Positions 63,167 through 64,000 of a DNA stretch of 64,000 bases are shown here, piece by piece. The DNA comes from an uncultured bacterium (lineage in GTDB: Bacteria; CSSED10-310; CAZUFC01): the NCBI GenBank assembly GCA_964619725.1, contig CAZUFC010000024.1, positions 1-64,000 of the forward strand, in the 5' to 3' direction. The notes under the pieces are model-generated. The model had not been told where the DNA came from and ran no database searches. It saw only the letters and a list, made by a program, of their open reading frames with translations. The stretch's first letter is position 1; every line of letters begins with the position of its first letter. Both the position numbers and the translations under genes were made by a program.

Positions 63167-64000
63167 TCAATCCCCCGGCTCCTCATGAGTTTCTTCTGAG
63201 GAAGCATCATCTTCAATATAGCCCAGGGCTTTCATCATATCTCTCGTTTCATCATCCAGGATAATTTTCGTTCCCACAGAAGCGTTTTCGGCATTTTTGA
63301 AGCCGTTAACGGTTGCGGATTTCATCGATTCGACGCGATCAGGGTGCTCTCCGGCGATATTATCCAACTCAAAGGGGTCCCGCGTCAAATCATATAATTC
63401 CGTAATTTCGGATTGTTCGGGCGAATAGATGAATTTCCAGTCTTCATAACGCAGGCCATGGAGTTTAACAGCCAGGGGGTCCAGGACGATGCCCTTGTTC
63501 TCTATAAGCGCCGGCAACAACTCTTCGGCGGGTTCTGGGCTCTGTTCCTGCAACACGTTATGCCCTTCGAAGGATTCAAAGTCATTATATCCCAATTCAT
63601 TTAGTATAATCGACGGAATGTCTATCAGGCGCGTCTGCGCATTCCATACGATGTTTTTTCTGTCCGGTACCGTACTGATGTATATAAAAGGAGTTTTGAC
63701 GGAGACCTCGTATAAATAACGGCCGTGAGAGTAGTAATAGTCATGTTCGCCCAGGCTTTCGCCGTGATCGGCGCAGAAGGCCATAATAGTATTGTCCCGT
63801 ATCTGAAGCCTTTCCAGTTCATTGACGATTTTGCCCAGCATCGCGTCCATGAAGGACATTTCACCCGCGTATCTTTCCAAAGGCAGCGCCTTATACGCCC
63901 TATCCTGCGGTTTTAAACGGCATACTTCACGGATTTTCCTCTCCAGGTTTTCATCCATCATATCATCCGAGTCGGGCAACCTTATTTCATCCTTATACAT
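63167..64000 (-). CDS. Sulfatase-family protein (C-terminal part; gene starts beyond the window)
   Basis: Y-x-GE…D…ADHGESLGEH…HG…LYE…P; ELYDLTRDPFE; ALGYI C-terminal motif. Confidence 0.88.
   Translation of the reverse strand: MYKDEIRLPDSDDMMDENLERKIREVCRLKPQDRAYKALPLERYAGEMSFMDAMLGKIVNELERLQIRDNTIMAFCADHGESLGEHDYYYSHGRYLYEVSVKTPFIYISTVPDRKNIVWNAQTRLIDIPSIILNELGYNDFESFEGHNVLQEQSPEPAEELLPALIENKGIVLDPLAVKLHGLRYEDWKFIYSPEQSEITELYDLTRDPFELDNIAGEHPDRVESMKSATVNGFKNAENASVGTKIILDDETRDMMKALGYIEDDASSEETHEEPGD

Overview
Bacterial chromosomal window, probably from an anaerobic diderm of a poorly characterised lineage; the taxon cannot be fixed from sequence alone. It contains: (i) 0.2-15.7 kb (minus strand): large secreted proteins (BNR/VPS10-like propeller, 1766-aa Ig/Fn3 repeat protein) downstream of an MSHA/T2SS-like envelope operon (triple-GspG-domain pseudopilin, PilM/N, PilO, MshK/PilP-like, lipoprotein secretin, Big_1 lipoprotein) that has no ATPase or platform gene; (ii) tRNA-Leu(CAA); (iii) 19-27.5 kb: an FHA-TadA/TadB/TadC/FHA/3xFHA-TPR/TPR module with no pilin or secretin, resembling the myxobacterial Kil-type Tad apparatus; (iv) the housekeeping block rplM-rpsI-rpsB-tsf-pyrH-frr-uppS-cdsA-dxr-ispG; (v) two tandem paralogous secreted collagen fibres with C-terminal S74 chaperone domains; (vi) a B12 radical SAM enzyme, an M14 carboxypeptidase, an AAA_14/DUF4143 ATPase and a 5'-truncated secreted-protein remnant; (vii) a three-gene glycerol-3-phosphate-dehydrogenase-like module, a hybrid kinase, folK-panB-panC, and a sulfatase/radical SAM/GT2/epimerase/acyl-CoA ligase/DUF362 operon. 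The most notable signals are a conserved ~115-aa C-terminal domain shared by three otherwise different Pro/Thr-linker proteins (candidate sorting/anchoring domain), the complementary split pilus/secretion modules together with S74 fibres (possible contact-dependent or predatory toolkit), and a set of tiny MITE-like elements and octamer tracts in intergenic DNA. All family assignments are by motif recognition; no database search was run.
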